The notes under the pieces: generated by a model
What the model was told of the DNA's origin: nothing
Databases searched by the model: none
The model's input: the letters and a program-made list of their open reading frames with translations, nothing else
Part shown: positions 8,801 through 17,135 of the stretch, one piece after another
How the letters are laid out: every line of letters begins with the position of its first letter
How positions within the stretch are numbered: position 1 is the first letter of the stretch
Made by a program: the position numbers and the translations under genes
NCBI GenBank assembly: GCA_965222375.1
Contig: CBDCTZ010000016.1
Span: 3,392,001 to 3,456,000 of the forward strand
Direction of reading: 5' to 3'
DNA length: 64,000 nucleotides
DNA from: Polyangiaceae bacterium
GTDB lineage: Bacteria; Myxococcota_A; Polyangia; Polyangiales; Polyangiaceae

Positions 8801-9741
8801 AGGCGCGAGGCACTCGAGCCCAGGCGGGAACTCATTACGGGTTCACTCGGGGTCAGAGCTCGTGGTGGCGCATCCGAGGCGTCCCGCAACGCTTGACGCA
8901 ACACACCGCTGACTTCCTGCATGTCGTGGGGCCGATGGTCGGGATCCGTTGCCAGCATGCGGTGGACCAGGTCGTCCAACACGGCGGGTATGTCGCGGCG
9001 CAGCTCGGAGAGCCGGGGCGCGGGGGTCGTGACCAAGCGCGCCAGGGTCGCAATCTTGGTTGGCCCAACGTGGGGTGGGCGGCCCGTGAGTAGCTCGAAG
9101 AGTGTCGCGCCCAAGGAGTAGACGTCGCAGCGCACGTCGATGGGAGCGTCCCCGCGGGCCTGCTCGGGAGCCATGTAGGCGGGGGTGCCAACGACGTCCC
9201 CGCTACGGCTGATCTTGACGTCAGACTTCGCAGCGACGCCGAAATCCACGAGCTTGGGTGCCACCGTCGTCGCCGGAACGTTGGCGCCATCTTCCTCGCA
9301 CAAGAAGATGTTGCCCGGTTTGATGTCACGGTGGACGACGCCCAGGTCGTGGGCTGCCTCCAAGGCCTCGGAGACCCGCGTGGCCAGTTCCACGGACTGG
9401 CGGAGGGTCAGGGGAGCGTGCTTCTGGCGCATGCTGACGTCCTCGCCGTCCAGCCACTCCATGGCGACGTAGGGCTGGCCGGTTTCGTCCAGAACGCCGG
9501 ATGCCACCATGCGCACGATGCCCGGATGTTTGAGTTCTCCCAGAAGCTCGGCTTCGCGACGCAGACGCTCTTCCTCTTCAGGGACGTCTCCGGCCTCCGC
9601 TTGCAGGACTTTGAGGGCAACCGGGCCTTGGCTGACCTGGTCATAGGCTCGATACACGACGCCCGCCCCGCCGCGGCCCACCTCTCGCTCGACGACGAAT
9701 CTACCGCCCATGCGGCGGCCAGGTTGGAAGCTCGAACTCAC
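5836..9741 (-). CDS. Ser/Thr kinase - degenerate cyclase-like - STAND/AAA ATPase - TPR-like protein
   Basis: GRGGAG, VALK, HRDIKPGN, DFG, APE; FVGREAEL, GPPGIGKT, EDLQWAD; helical repeat C-terminus. Confidence 0.88.
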   Translation of the reverse strand: MSSSFQPGRRMGGRFVVEREVGRGGAGVVYRAYDQVSQGPVALKVLQAEAGDVPEEEERLRREAELLGELKHPGIVRMVASGVLDETGQPYVAMEWLDGEDVSMRQKHAPLTLRQSVELATRVSEALEAAHDLGVVHRDIKPGNIFLCEEDGANVPATTVAPKLVDFGVAAKSDVKISRSGDVVGTPAYMAPEQARGDAPIDVRCDVYSLGATLFELLTGRPPHVGPTKIATLARLVTTPAPRLSELRRDIPAVLDDLVHRMLATDPDHRPHDMQEVSGVLRQALRDASDAPPRALTPSEPVMSSRLGSSASRLVTSIVALRFENGSARDRALDHLKERGADAVPLGPEALVAHLGATRATGMEAVAALDLGRRLARAGAQVGVASGRARMSLTNRSGGAHPVGEVVDRASAMAREASPGVVLADVTTSELGRGRYEFKTRDDGAAVVGEQVRGPRADRVGGAPFVGREAELAQVANAFERACSDATPVLVTITGPPGIGKTRLRREVIARLAAGKQAPFVIVQRSEAYGRGHALGAAADILRAIISLPKGATSQEAEQAIVSRLGPSTVSDLTSKNREILARLLANEVLPEGLDPRGARDVLWLAMTDLVAQVTAGQPTIIVTEDLQWADPESIGWLDHLLGRTNMRPLMVMALVRPAFWQEESERFGGRDHVSLELRPISRKAVRAIVRSVLGDAATDEAVERIAEQASGLPLFAEELARVTASSRGKLHAPTIESVIQASLDALDEECRDAVGRLSVFGLTVWDTGLEALGLARAEGLMKELAASEVLVEQDVSRFPGTREWLFKHALVREVAYKSLGERERQELHVLTARWLASMGEDAATVAGHFDLGEQPSEAAEHWSRAAQRSLAANALSDALSMAERALLHSEDKATAFQRAAYLDEAYSRLDPRAADRETAVSALEENVYDEASEVRARGARARFDDARGTGHDISERLAEARDRAASLGLRDEEARCSAVLAARLAFAGAFADAEAEAARLLELAEEHHVTTAAVDGWQTLAIVRQTRGELIAALDARRNAVAAARDAGLKEREAMLMTNLGFALTTIGARQEARGALSTGVSLADAIGSSGASRHAQMNLLGWTATFGTEKVLDSHLAESRSDADAAATGYWAAPDRANLGLLFYRGCEHLRTRSKAASQKARALLATAAEGYRATQNRDILAVALGMWSEAERRTENPSRALDLAKEGAELLEAGAPSLLNESPVYVALHDAMMELGDEAEAKRAIVRGLTPLQRRLEGLTGTPYARLFLTELPHNAALLALAEQYGSVPESIQRLLEG

Positions 9742-9882
9742 GGCGGCTCGCCTACGTTACACCGGTCCCGCGGCGTCCTGCACCCGCCCGCAGATCGCGC
9801 GGCAATTTGGCCCTAGCTGCGTCCCCGAGGGCGCCATCGGAAAGCGCCCCGCCGCTCAGAAAGCTCGCGTATGCTACGGCCC

Positions 9883-10221
9883 GTGAGTCAGCTGATGTTG
9901 CTCTCCGGGGGGATCGTCGAACCCGGCGCGGGCCACCCCGGGCGTGTGTCGGCGTTCGTGGCTTTCAACCCGCGGCCGGGGAGTAGCCGAATGTTCAAAG
10001 TCAGTGGCAGCGCCGCCTCTCCCTCCGTGGGTGAGCTGCCGGCACAGACGACCATTGACCTTTCGTACTTCAAGGCCGTCATGCACGAGGAGCTCGACCC
10101 GGTCCTCGACGACATCTCCTCCAAAGGTGGTCACGCTGCGATCGTCTCGCCACGGGCAGAGTGGGTCTGCAACGTCGTTCGCGAGCACCTCGCCGAGTCG
10201 GAGGGCCTCAGCGTTCCGTGA
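9883..10221 (+). CDS. Hypothetical protein
   Basis: Stop lies 1 bp before the next ATG; TATGCT -10 box 7 nt before GTG 9883. Confidence 0.6.
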   Translation: MSQLMLLSGGIVEPGAGHPGRVSAFVAFNPRPGSSRMFKVSGSAASPSVGELPAQTTIDLSYFKAVMHEELDPVLDDISSKGGHAAIVSPRAEWVCNVVREHLAESEGLSVP

Positions 10222-10222
10222 A

Positions 10223-11698
10223 ATGTTAGAGCGCATCGCCGTCCATCAAACTCGTCTGCGCGTGCCCGGCATCGGTCTGGACGCCCGGGGCGTGGCTCTA
10301 GGCTCTCGCGGGTTGGTGCTCATGCCTTCCCTCGATCGGCTGGTGGCGTTCTTGTCCGTCTACACGGAAGAGCAGAGCCTCGGTGGGCTCTCCGACTCCC
10401 TGGCCATCGAGATTGTCCGTTCCAAGTTGGGCACGCGCGAGGTCGCGCTCTCCTTCGACGCGGGCTCGAGTGATCGCATGGACCGGGTGGGCGAAGTGGC
10501 TCGCCTGACCGGGGGGTTCACCTTCACCGGAACCAGTCGCCACTTCGTGCAGTACCGAGACGCCAGCGCGCCCTTTGGTTTCGACGCCCCGGAAATCACG
10601 GCGACGGATAGTGCGCTCGCGCTCTATCATTCCACTTTTTCACAGGTGTACGACATCGAGCGCAGTGTGGAACTTCGCTCCTTGCTGCTGCGACTTGCAC
10701 CCCACGCCGACCCCGGCGCCGCGCTGCCGACGGTTGCTCTGTGGGTGCTCGCTGACCACGGGCTTGGCCCAGCGCTGCTGAGTTATTTTGCGCGTTCGCG
10801 AGTGAAAGCGTCCGTGGGTGTCGCGGAGTGGCCGCCGGAAACCAGCTTCGATGAGGAGCCGGTACGCCGTTACCTCTTCAAGATCGAGGAAATGCCGCCG
10901 CGGCTGCGGCCGCTGTTGGCCGGCACGCCCGGCATGGCGGCGTTCACGGAAGTGACGACCGGGGCTGCTGTGGAGCATGGCTACCACCATCCCGTGGCGC
11001 TCGAAGCGTGTCCGGTTTTCAATACCGAGGGCTTGGTGTTGTTTCGGGGTCGTGGTGAGCCGGCTTTGGAACTGGAGCGCGTGCCTGCCATGGCGGAGCT
11101 ATCCAGCCTGGAGCGCGCGGACCTGGACTTGGAGCGCGGCGTGCGTTTGGCCCAAGCCGCGGGTAGCCCCGACGCTGTGCGGGTGCCCATCCGCCTGCTG
11201 CCGGATCCCGCAGCGCCCGCTGGCGTCGAGGCCGCGCTGATTCCACCGGTGGAACTCGAGCTGCTTCGCCGTCTCGCCTACGCATTGCCGGTCCAGACCC
11301 TCAAGCAGACCCGGATCGCACTAACGGATGTAGGCGCTTTCGTCCTGAGTGACGGTGGCGGTGGCCGCGGCGGCAGCATTCCTCTCGGTCACCTGTTCTG
11401 GCGGTACCACGAACAGATATTCGTTCCCATTGGCTCGCGCCTGGTGCCTGCGATCGAACCTGCCGTACTAGTTACAAGTTTGCAGCTCGCGGCCGACGAT
11501 CTGGTCTTCTTTCGCCCCAACGGCAGCGCCGACCGCATTTCCAGGCAGCACTTCGTTCCCCTGGACAGCGCCCTTCTAGAGGGCCAGCGCTGGGCGCCCG
11601 TCCAAGTCACAGAGCTCGACCAAGTCTTTGCTCAGGAGCTGCCGACGGTTTGGCTGGAAGAGCTCGGGCTCAACCCTCTAAAAGGCGCCGCGACCTGA
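10223..11698 (+). CDS. Hypothetical protein, possibly fvmX7-like (FtsH ternary conflict-system domain)
   Basis: Long operonic ORF with HFVQYRD and AVEHGYHHPVALEAC motifs; family call is from recall and unverified. Confidence 0.6.
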   Translation: MLERIAVHQTRLRVPGIGLDARGVALGSRGLVLMPSLDRLVAFLSVYTEEQSLGGLSDSLAIEIVRSKLGTREVALSFDAGSSDRMDRVGEVARLTGGFTFTGTSRHFVQYRDASAPFGFDAPEITATDSALALYHSTFSQVYDIERSVELRSLLLRLAPHADPGAALPTVALWVLADHGLGPALLSYFARSRVKASVGVAEWPPETSFDEEPVRRYLFKIEEMPPRLRPLLAGTPGMAAFTEVTTGAAVEHGYHHPVALEACPVFNTEGLVLFRGRGEPALELERVPAMAELSSLERADLDLERGVRLAQAAGSPDAVRVPIRLLPDPAAPAGVEAALIPPVELELLRRLAYALPVQTLKQTRIALTDVGAFVLSDGGGGRGGSIPLGHLFWRYHEQIFVPIGSRLVPAIEPAVLVTSLQLAADDLVFFRPNGSADRISRQHFVPLDSALLEGQRWAPVQVTELDQVFAQELPTVWLEELGLNPLKGAAT

Positions 11699-11716
11699 TG
11701 ACGGGTCCTTCGATCC

Positions 11717-12601
11717 ATGCCTGACCCCGTCACAGCCAATGCTCTGGCTGAAAACGTATTGTTGCCTTTGATAGAGGGCGGCAAATTGTGCCCGCTGGAG
11801 CCCATCGGTCCGACTCGCGCGGCGGCGTTTGCCCACGCCGAAGCCCTCACCGTGTCCGGCGGCGCCATGGACTCCGTGCGTGCGCATCGGGTCCGGGCGG
11901 CGCGCCGGGTGGCGGGGATCGACGCGCTCGGGGATTTGAGCGCAGGGGAGTGGCTTCTCGCTTGTGCGCTGAATGACCTGGTCCAGGTGACGAATCCAAC
12001 GTTGACCGGGTGGTTCGACAAGGACCGACCCCGCAAACTCGCCGAACTCGTTGCCGCTCAGGTCAACTCAGCAGGGCCCCCTCGCCGGATCAGCGAGGCC
12101 CTGGCGCGCTTCGCCACCTTTGGCCGCATCCTCACCGTGGGTCGGGTCGACACCACCGTGACCTGGTGGGTGGGGAGCGAAACCTTTCGCGGACTCGAGC
12201 CTCCGGCCCGGCTGCTGCGCTGGCGGGGATTGCGACGGGTGCGTACCAAGCAGCAGCGAGTCAGTATCGGAAACATGGCTCCAGAAGGCTTCGATGGGCG
12301 CGGCTACGAGGACGCCCTGGGCTTGTTCTTGCGAGCCAACCCGTTGACGGATCTCGCAACAGCGGCTCGCAAGCGTGCGCCCTTTGCGTGGAGTGGCGCT
12401 TCCCTGGCACTGATCAGTACGGGCCTGGGGCGCAACTTGGCGCGGCGAGCCATTTACCGCGCTCAGGACGTTCCCCAGACCCTCCAAGCACTCTCCCGCG
12501 CCTGCGCCCAGGTGCAGCACACACCCGCTCAAGAGCTGGTCGACGGGTTTTACTCGGAGCTGGGAGCTGTCGAACGCGCTCAAGCCGAGGGCGCTTCCTA
12601 G
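11717..12601 (+). CDS. Hypothetical protein, possibly fvmX6-like
   Basis: VLLPLIEGG...RVDTTVTWWVGSETFRG..PPARLLRW..LRRV; family call is from recall and unverified. Confidence 0.6.
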   Translation: MPDPVTANALAENVLLPLIEGGKLCPLEPIGPTRAAAFAHAEALTVSGGAMDSVRAHRVRAARRVAGIDALGDLSAGEWLLACALNDLVQVTNPTLTGWFDKDRPRKLAELVAAQVNSAGPPRRISEALARFATFGRILTVGRVDTTVTWWVGSETFRGLEPPARLLRWRGLRRVRTKQQRVSIGNMAPEGFDGRGYEDALGLFLRANPLTDLATAARKRAPFAWSGASLALISTGLGRNLARRAIYRAQDVPQTLQALSRACAQVQHTPAQELVDGFYSELGAVERAQAEGAS

Positions 12602-12696
12602 TCGACGTCCGGATCCGATGCTCGGCAGCGTCCGGAATTGATCGGGCTGAGCGGTGCTGATTGGGCGGATGCTGCGAAACCTGGAGTACTCGCTAC

Positions 12697-12712
12697 CGGC
12701 ATAGGCCTTGCA
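12697..12712 (+). promoter_or_regulatory. Candidate sigma-54 (-24/-12) promoter
   Basis: CGGCAT-AGGCC-TTGCA matches YGGCAY-N5-TTGC with exact GG-N10-GC spacing, just upstream of GTG 12726. Confidence 0.55.
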
Positions 12713-12725
12713 GTCTGTCCTGGGC

Positions 12726-13283
12726 GTGGAGAACACAATCGGACAGTGGTGCGGCATCGGCGCCTTCGCAGCGTTGGGTTTGGTCGCTTGCGGCAATGTG
12801 GAAGATGAGGGGCTGTTCGACCGCGAGCGCCCCGAGGATGCTGGCGGGGTCCCCGAGGCTGGCTCGGGAGCGGTTGGGGCAGGCGGGGGCTCTGGTGGCG
12901 TCGTCCTGCTGGGCGATAGTGGCAGCACCGGGGGAACCGGCGGGCAGTCGGACGCGGGCAGCCCAGTCCCGCAAGGCGGTAGCGCTGGGGCCGGCGGCGC
13001 TGCCGGGCCAGTAACGCCTACGCCGGGCAGTTGCGCCGCAGTGTGTGGAGCGCAATCGCCGGATCAGTCCTGCTACTGCGACGTGGCCTGCAAAGACTAC
13101 GGAGACTGCTGCGGCGACTTCTCTACCCATTGCCCGGCAGGCCCGGGCCCTGGTTGCACCAAGCAACACTGCCAGTCCGAGACCCCGAGTACAGATTCAT
13201 CCGGGTCCAGCTGCTATTGCGATGCCGCCTGCAGCCAGTACGGCGACTGTTGCCCCAACGTAGCGCAAGTCTGCGCGGCATGA
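12726..13283 (+). CDS. Lipoprotein with two somatomedin-B-like domains
   Basis: Lipobox LVAC, Gly linker, two 8-Cys units containing CYCDxxCxxYGDCC. Confidence 0.75.
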   Translation: MENTIGQWCGIGAFAALGLVACGNVEDEGLFDRERPEDAGGVPEAGSGAVGAGGGSGGVVLLGDSGSTGGTGGQSDAGSPVPQGGSAGAGGAAGPVTPTPGSCAAVCGAQSPDQSCYCDVACKDYGDCCGDFSTHCPAGPGPGCTKQHCQSETPSTDSSGSSCYCDAACSQYGDCCPNVAQVCAA

Positions 13284-13437
13284 GCGCACGCGCGGCCCGC
13301 CGTGCCGAGCGTCCGAGCGACCCACATCGAACCGCGATGAACTCTCGATGACGCGCAGGGGGCGCCATCCCCAAAAAAACAAACGTAGGTCTTGAAGAGC
13401 CTGGGCCGACAGGGGCCCGCGCTCAGCTCGGGTTACC

Positions 13438-15789
13438 CTAGCGTCGACCGGTGCCGCGTCTCGGGCGTGCGCGGCGCCGGGCCATGGGGGGCAGTGGAGA
13501 CTGGGTGGCTGGTTCGTCGACGACGAGCTGGAAGCCAGCGGCGAAGAGATCCTGGACGCGCATCTGCTCGCCGACCACGAAAGCGGCGGCGCGGGCGATG
13601 ACCTCGCCGAGTTCGGCTTCGTTGCCGGGCCAGGTGTGCTCCATCAATAGCCGCAGCGCAGAGCCGTCCACGCCGAGGGGCTTGCCGTGCAGTCGCAGCC
13701 CGGTGCGGGCCAGGGTATCGAGAATCAGGCTTCGGATGTCTTCACCCCGGTCGATCAGGCGCGGGAGCGCGAGGCTGCCCTGGGACAGGAAGCGACTCAG
13801 GCCTGGCTGTAGCTTGCCCGCTCCGATCAAGGACTCCAGGGGCTCCAGGCCGGTGGCGATCAGGCCGGGAGGTAGGACCGTGGAGCGGGGGGTTTGCGCG
13901 CTTGCGCGGGCCAGGGCGCGCTGCAGGGTGGTTTGCACCGGTGCCGGAAGGGCGAACACGTCGGCAATGAAGAGCGTTCCGCCGTCCGCCAAGGCGAGGG
14001 GAGAGTGAGAGGCGTCCTCCCAGCGCTCGATGTCGTGTTCACGCCCATGGGTCGCGTCGACGATCACGAACGGGCCGCCAGAGCGGGGCCCCGCGAGATG
14101 TGCGATGGCTGCCCAGGCGACGCCATCGCAGCCTCGGGGTGCTTGCAGGTACAGGGTGGCGCCGATCCGGCCGAAACGCTCCAGAGATTCGAGGGCGGCG
14201 CGGGCCGAAGGGCTAAAAGCGGTAGAGCGGACGCGCCCTGCCAGGCGCTCGGCCATGGCACGATGCCGGCCTTCGTCCAAGCTGATCACATGTTCGAGTC
14301 GATGCACTTCGTCGTCCGCGGAGTCGGCTCGCGCGATGGCGGAGAGTTCTCGCTCCCGAGACCGAGCCAAGGCTGAGGACACGGATAGAAGTGAACTGAT
14401 GCGATCCGTGAGCAGACGAATGCCGCGTGCTTCTTCTAGACTCAGCGGACTGCGTCGACTGGTCTTGGGAAGCAAGATGAAGCCGAGTGGACCGTCATCG
14501 TCGACCACCACGGTCGCCGAAGCCGCGTGCCGACTCTCCAACCAGGACAAGATTGGGCGAACCTCCGGACGGCGCACCTGGAGCTGGCGCAGCACTTCTG
14601 CGCGAAGGGTGCGTTCGGGCTCCTCCAACGCCAGGGTGTAGAGCCGCTCTGGGGCCTCGGCGGGCTTTTCATGCAGGTAGCCAGCGATGTCGACGCTGAG
14701 CACGGCTGGTGGACTGGTGCGCCATAGCTCGGGCCGGGCATTGGGGCTCGGACTGGCTTTGGTGAGGGCGAAGAGCGCTTGGGAGAGCGCTGCCTCGGGT
14801 TCGGGGATCAGGGCTGCACGGCTCGCGGCCCCAACAGCTTCCAGCCAACGCGACTGGTCCGGCCCCAGTGGACGCGCGACCTTGCGGGCAACGACGCCGA
14901 CGACGATGGCCATGGCACAGGCGACCAGCACCACGGCGCCGGCGTGGTGCGGGGCTTTGCGCGCAATGAAGCCTGCAATCAGCATCAAGGGTACGCCCAA
15001 CAACAGCACCGCCAGAGTTCCTCGGAGCGCGCTGGTCACGCTGCTGGGTTGGCGGACGCTTGCCGCCCAAGTGCATGCGGCCCCGGCGCCGAGGGCAAAG
15101 GCCGGCACGATGCGATCCGGAGCGGCGACGTCCAAGAATGCCGCTGGGATGGCAGCGCCCACTGCCGCGAGGGAGAGGGCGAAGGCGCCCGACGCTCGGT
15201 CGTGGGCTCCGAGCTCGTTGCGTCGAAGCAGCTTGATGCGCCAAGCAGCCGCAACGAGCACCAAGAGGCTCGCCGCGCCGGCAGTGGTTGTCGCGTAGTC
15301 GACAGCGAGCGGATCGAGCAGAACGCTCCGCTGCGCGAACAGCGCGCGGGCTCCGGGCAGTGCCGTGGCGATGCCCCAGAGAAGACCTGCGAAGGATGCC
15401 GCGTCGAGGGAGCGCGATGCGCGAGGTACGCTGAGCAGTCCGCCAAAGCTGCCGATGCGCGCTAGTGCGATCAATGCCGCCACCACCACAGTGCCAGTCG
15501 CCAGGTTGGCAGCCGCGTCGAGGCTCGGTCGACCCGTAGCTCCGGAGCGAGCGGCGAGCCACACGGCAGCTCCCCACGCGACCGCTCGTAGGGCGAGCCT
15601 GGCGGTGCGCTCGGTGTGGTCTTCTGCGTCGCGAGGTGCTTCGGTGCGACGCCATACCCAGAACACGAAGATGGGTAGGAGTAACAGCGCGACGGTGGGC
15701 AACTTGCCCGAGTAGCCACGCATCGCAGCGAAGCACACATATGCCACCACCGAGGCGGGCAGCAGCGCTGATGTGATCAGAGGCCTCAC
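13438..15789 (-). CDS. Polytopic membrane protein with degenerate sigma-54-activator-type AAA+ domain
   Basis: About 10 hydrophobic segments, then GPFVIVD, ADGGTLF, LPRLIDRGEDI, WPGN..EL; Walker A and GAFTGA not intact. Confidence 0.75.
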   Translation of the reverse strand: MRPLITSALLPASVVAYVCFAAMRGYSGKLPTVALLLLPIFVFWVWRRTEAPRDAEDHTERTARLALRAVAWGAAVWLAARSGATGRPSLDAAANLATGTVVVAALIALARIGSFGGLLSVPRASRSLDAASFAGLLWGIATALPGARALFAQRSVLLDPLAVDYATTTAGAASLLVLVAAAWRIKLLRRNELGAHDRASGAFALSLAAVGAAIPAAFLDVAAPDRIVPAFALGAGAACTWAASVRQPSSVTSALRGTLAVLLLGVPLMLIAGFIARKAPHHAGAVVLVACAMAIVVGVVARKVARPLGPDQSRWLEAVGAASRAALIPEPEAALSQALFALTKASPSPNARPELWRTSPPAVLSVDIAGYLHEKPAEAPERLYTLALEEPERTLRAEVLRQLQVRRPEVRPILSWLESRHAASATVVVDDDGPLGFILLPKTSRRSPLSLEEARGIRLLTDRISSLLSVSSALARSRERELSAIARADSADDEVHRLEHVISLDEGRHRAMAERLAGRVRSTAFSPSARAALESLERFGRIGATLYLQAPRGCDGVAWAAIAHLAGPRSGGPFVIVDATHGREHDIERWEDASHSPLALADGGTLFIADVFALPAPVQTTLQRALARASAQTPRSTVLPPGLIATGLEPLESLIGAGKLQPGLSRFLSQGSLALPRLIDRGEDIRSLILDTLARTGLRLHGKPLGVDGSALRLLMEHTWPGNEAELGEVIARAAAFVVGEQMRVQDLFAAGFQLVVDEPATQSPLPPMARRRARPRRGTGRR

Positions 15790-15872
15790 GACGAGATCCT
15801 AAGCCAGCCGGCGGCAGACGGGAAAACCCGCGCAGTCTCCCGGCGCACCATCAGGCCGAAAAAGCGCCAGCT

Positions 15873-16907
15873 TCAGGGAGCTTTGGCCTTCTTGGCGGCT
15901 TTTGCTTCCTTGGCGAGCTTCACGAAGCGTTGCTCGGCCCCGGACGGGGTGTAGAGCTGAATTGCCAGCAGCTCTTGCTTTCCACTCGCGGAAAAGGAGT
16001 GTTTCTGCCCTTTGGGGATGTGGAACACCGAACCGGGTTTGACCACATGTTCGGTGCCGGCGAGGGTCATTTTGCCGCTCCCGGACAGTACCGCCAGATG
16101 CTCCCAGCTCTTGTGGTCGTGTTCGGCTACCGATCCGTCGCTGCTAGCGCGCAGGAGCCCGAAGCTTGCTGGCAGCGGTATTTTGGCGCCACCTAGTCCG
16201 ATTCTGGTATGGAACGCGCCGCCCGCCCAAGCATGGTCGTCTACTTTGTCGAACACGAAGCTGAACAACGGAGAGGGGCGTTTCTTCCAGCGCACTTCCC
16301 AGGGCTTGGTTTTCGCTCGCGTTAGCGAGGTGTCCAGGTCGGCCTTGGTGGTGACGACAACCAGCACGGCTTTGGCGCTTTGCTCCCGCGCCTTGAGGAT
16401 GACGCCACAACCGGGTGCCCGAGCCGCTCCCCATGCGCTCAAGGCTTGAGCGCCGCGGCCGTCGTCGCCGCTGAAGAGTAGTTTGCCGTCCAACACCAGT
16501 GCGAAGCATTCCAGCTCGTGGTGTCGAGGCAGAACCAGCGTGGAGCCCTTCGCGACTTCGTGGGTCCAGATCGCGGCGGGGCTGGGCGCCCCCGTCGGTA
16601 TTCCTTTGGCGAGAGCAGCCTCGGGAAGGAACCCCTTGAGCTCGCACTTCTTCTTGGTGCACTTTGCGTCTCGGGCCAACGCGACCTTCGGCGGCGTGGG
16701 CAGTTTCGCGTCTATGGCCGTGGGGCCCTGGGACGGAGCGGGCGTAGCGGCTTCGGGCTCGTCGGAGTCGCCGAAGTCGTCGTCTTCGGCAAAGGGGATG
16801 TAGGGCAGGCTTGCGGGCCCCGGCGCAGGCCATTGGGTATCCGGGGCTGTGCGTGAACATCCGCAAGCGAGCAATGCCAGCAATGCGGAGGTGAGGGCGC
16901 GGTGCAT
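15873..16907 (-). CDS. Cupin-domain lipoprotein
   Basis: Lipobox LACGC; EHDHKSWEHLAVLSGSG and FHIPKGQKHSF cupin motifs; start placed at ATG 16907. Confidence 0.75.
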   Translation of the reverse strand: MHRALTSALLALLACGCSRTAPDTQWPAPGPASLPYIPFAEDDDFGDSDEPEAATPAPSQGPTAIDAKLPTPPKVALARDAKCTKKKCELKGFLPEAALAKGIPTGAPSPAAIWTHEVAKGSTLVLPRHHELECFALVLDGKLLFSGDDGRGAQALSAWGAARAPGCGVILKAREQSAKAVLVVVTTKADLDTSLTRAKTKPWEVRWKKRPSPLFSFVFDKVDDHAWAGGAFHTRIGLGGAKIPLPASFGLLRASSDGSVAEHDHKSWEHLAVLSGSGKMTLAGTEHVVKPGSVFHIPKGQKHSFSASGKQELLAIQLYTPSGAEQRFVKLAKEAKAAKKAKAP

Positions 16908-17135
16908 GGCGAGACAAAACCGAAACTGTCTCTTCGCGTCCAGGCATAGACGAGACATTGCGACAAAAGTCCCGAATTCGTTCAAGAATCCTCCGGGCTG
17001 CGCGGGGACCATGTCAGAGCTTGTGAGTGTTGTGCGCATCCGGGCGCGGCTTGTTATCGTTGCGCGTGGGGCGCCTAGGTGCGCACACTCCGCGGCCGAG
17101 CCCAGTGGCGCGCCCCGAAATTGCTTCGAGACGAC

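Noticed and set aside
13356..13385. GGGG...CCCC hairpin with an A-tract as an intrinsic terminator
   Set aside because: The stem is weak and neither strand has a U-tract following the hairpin
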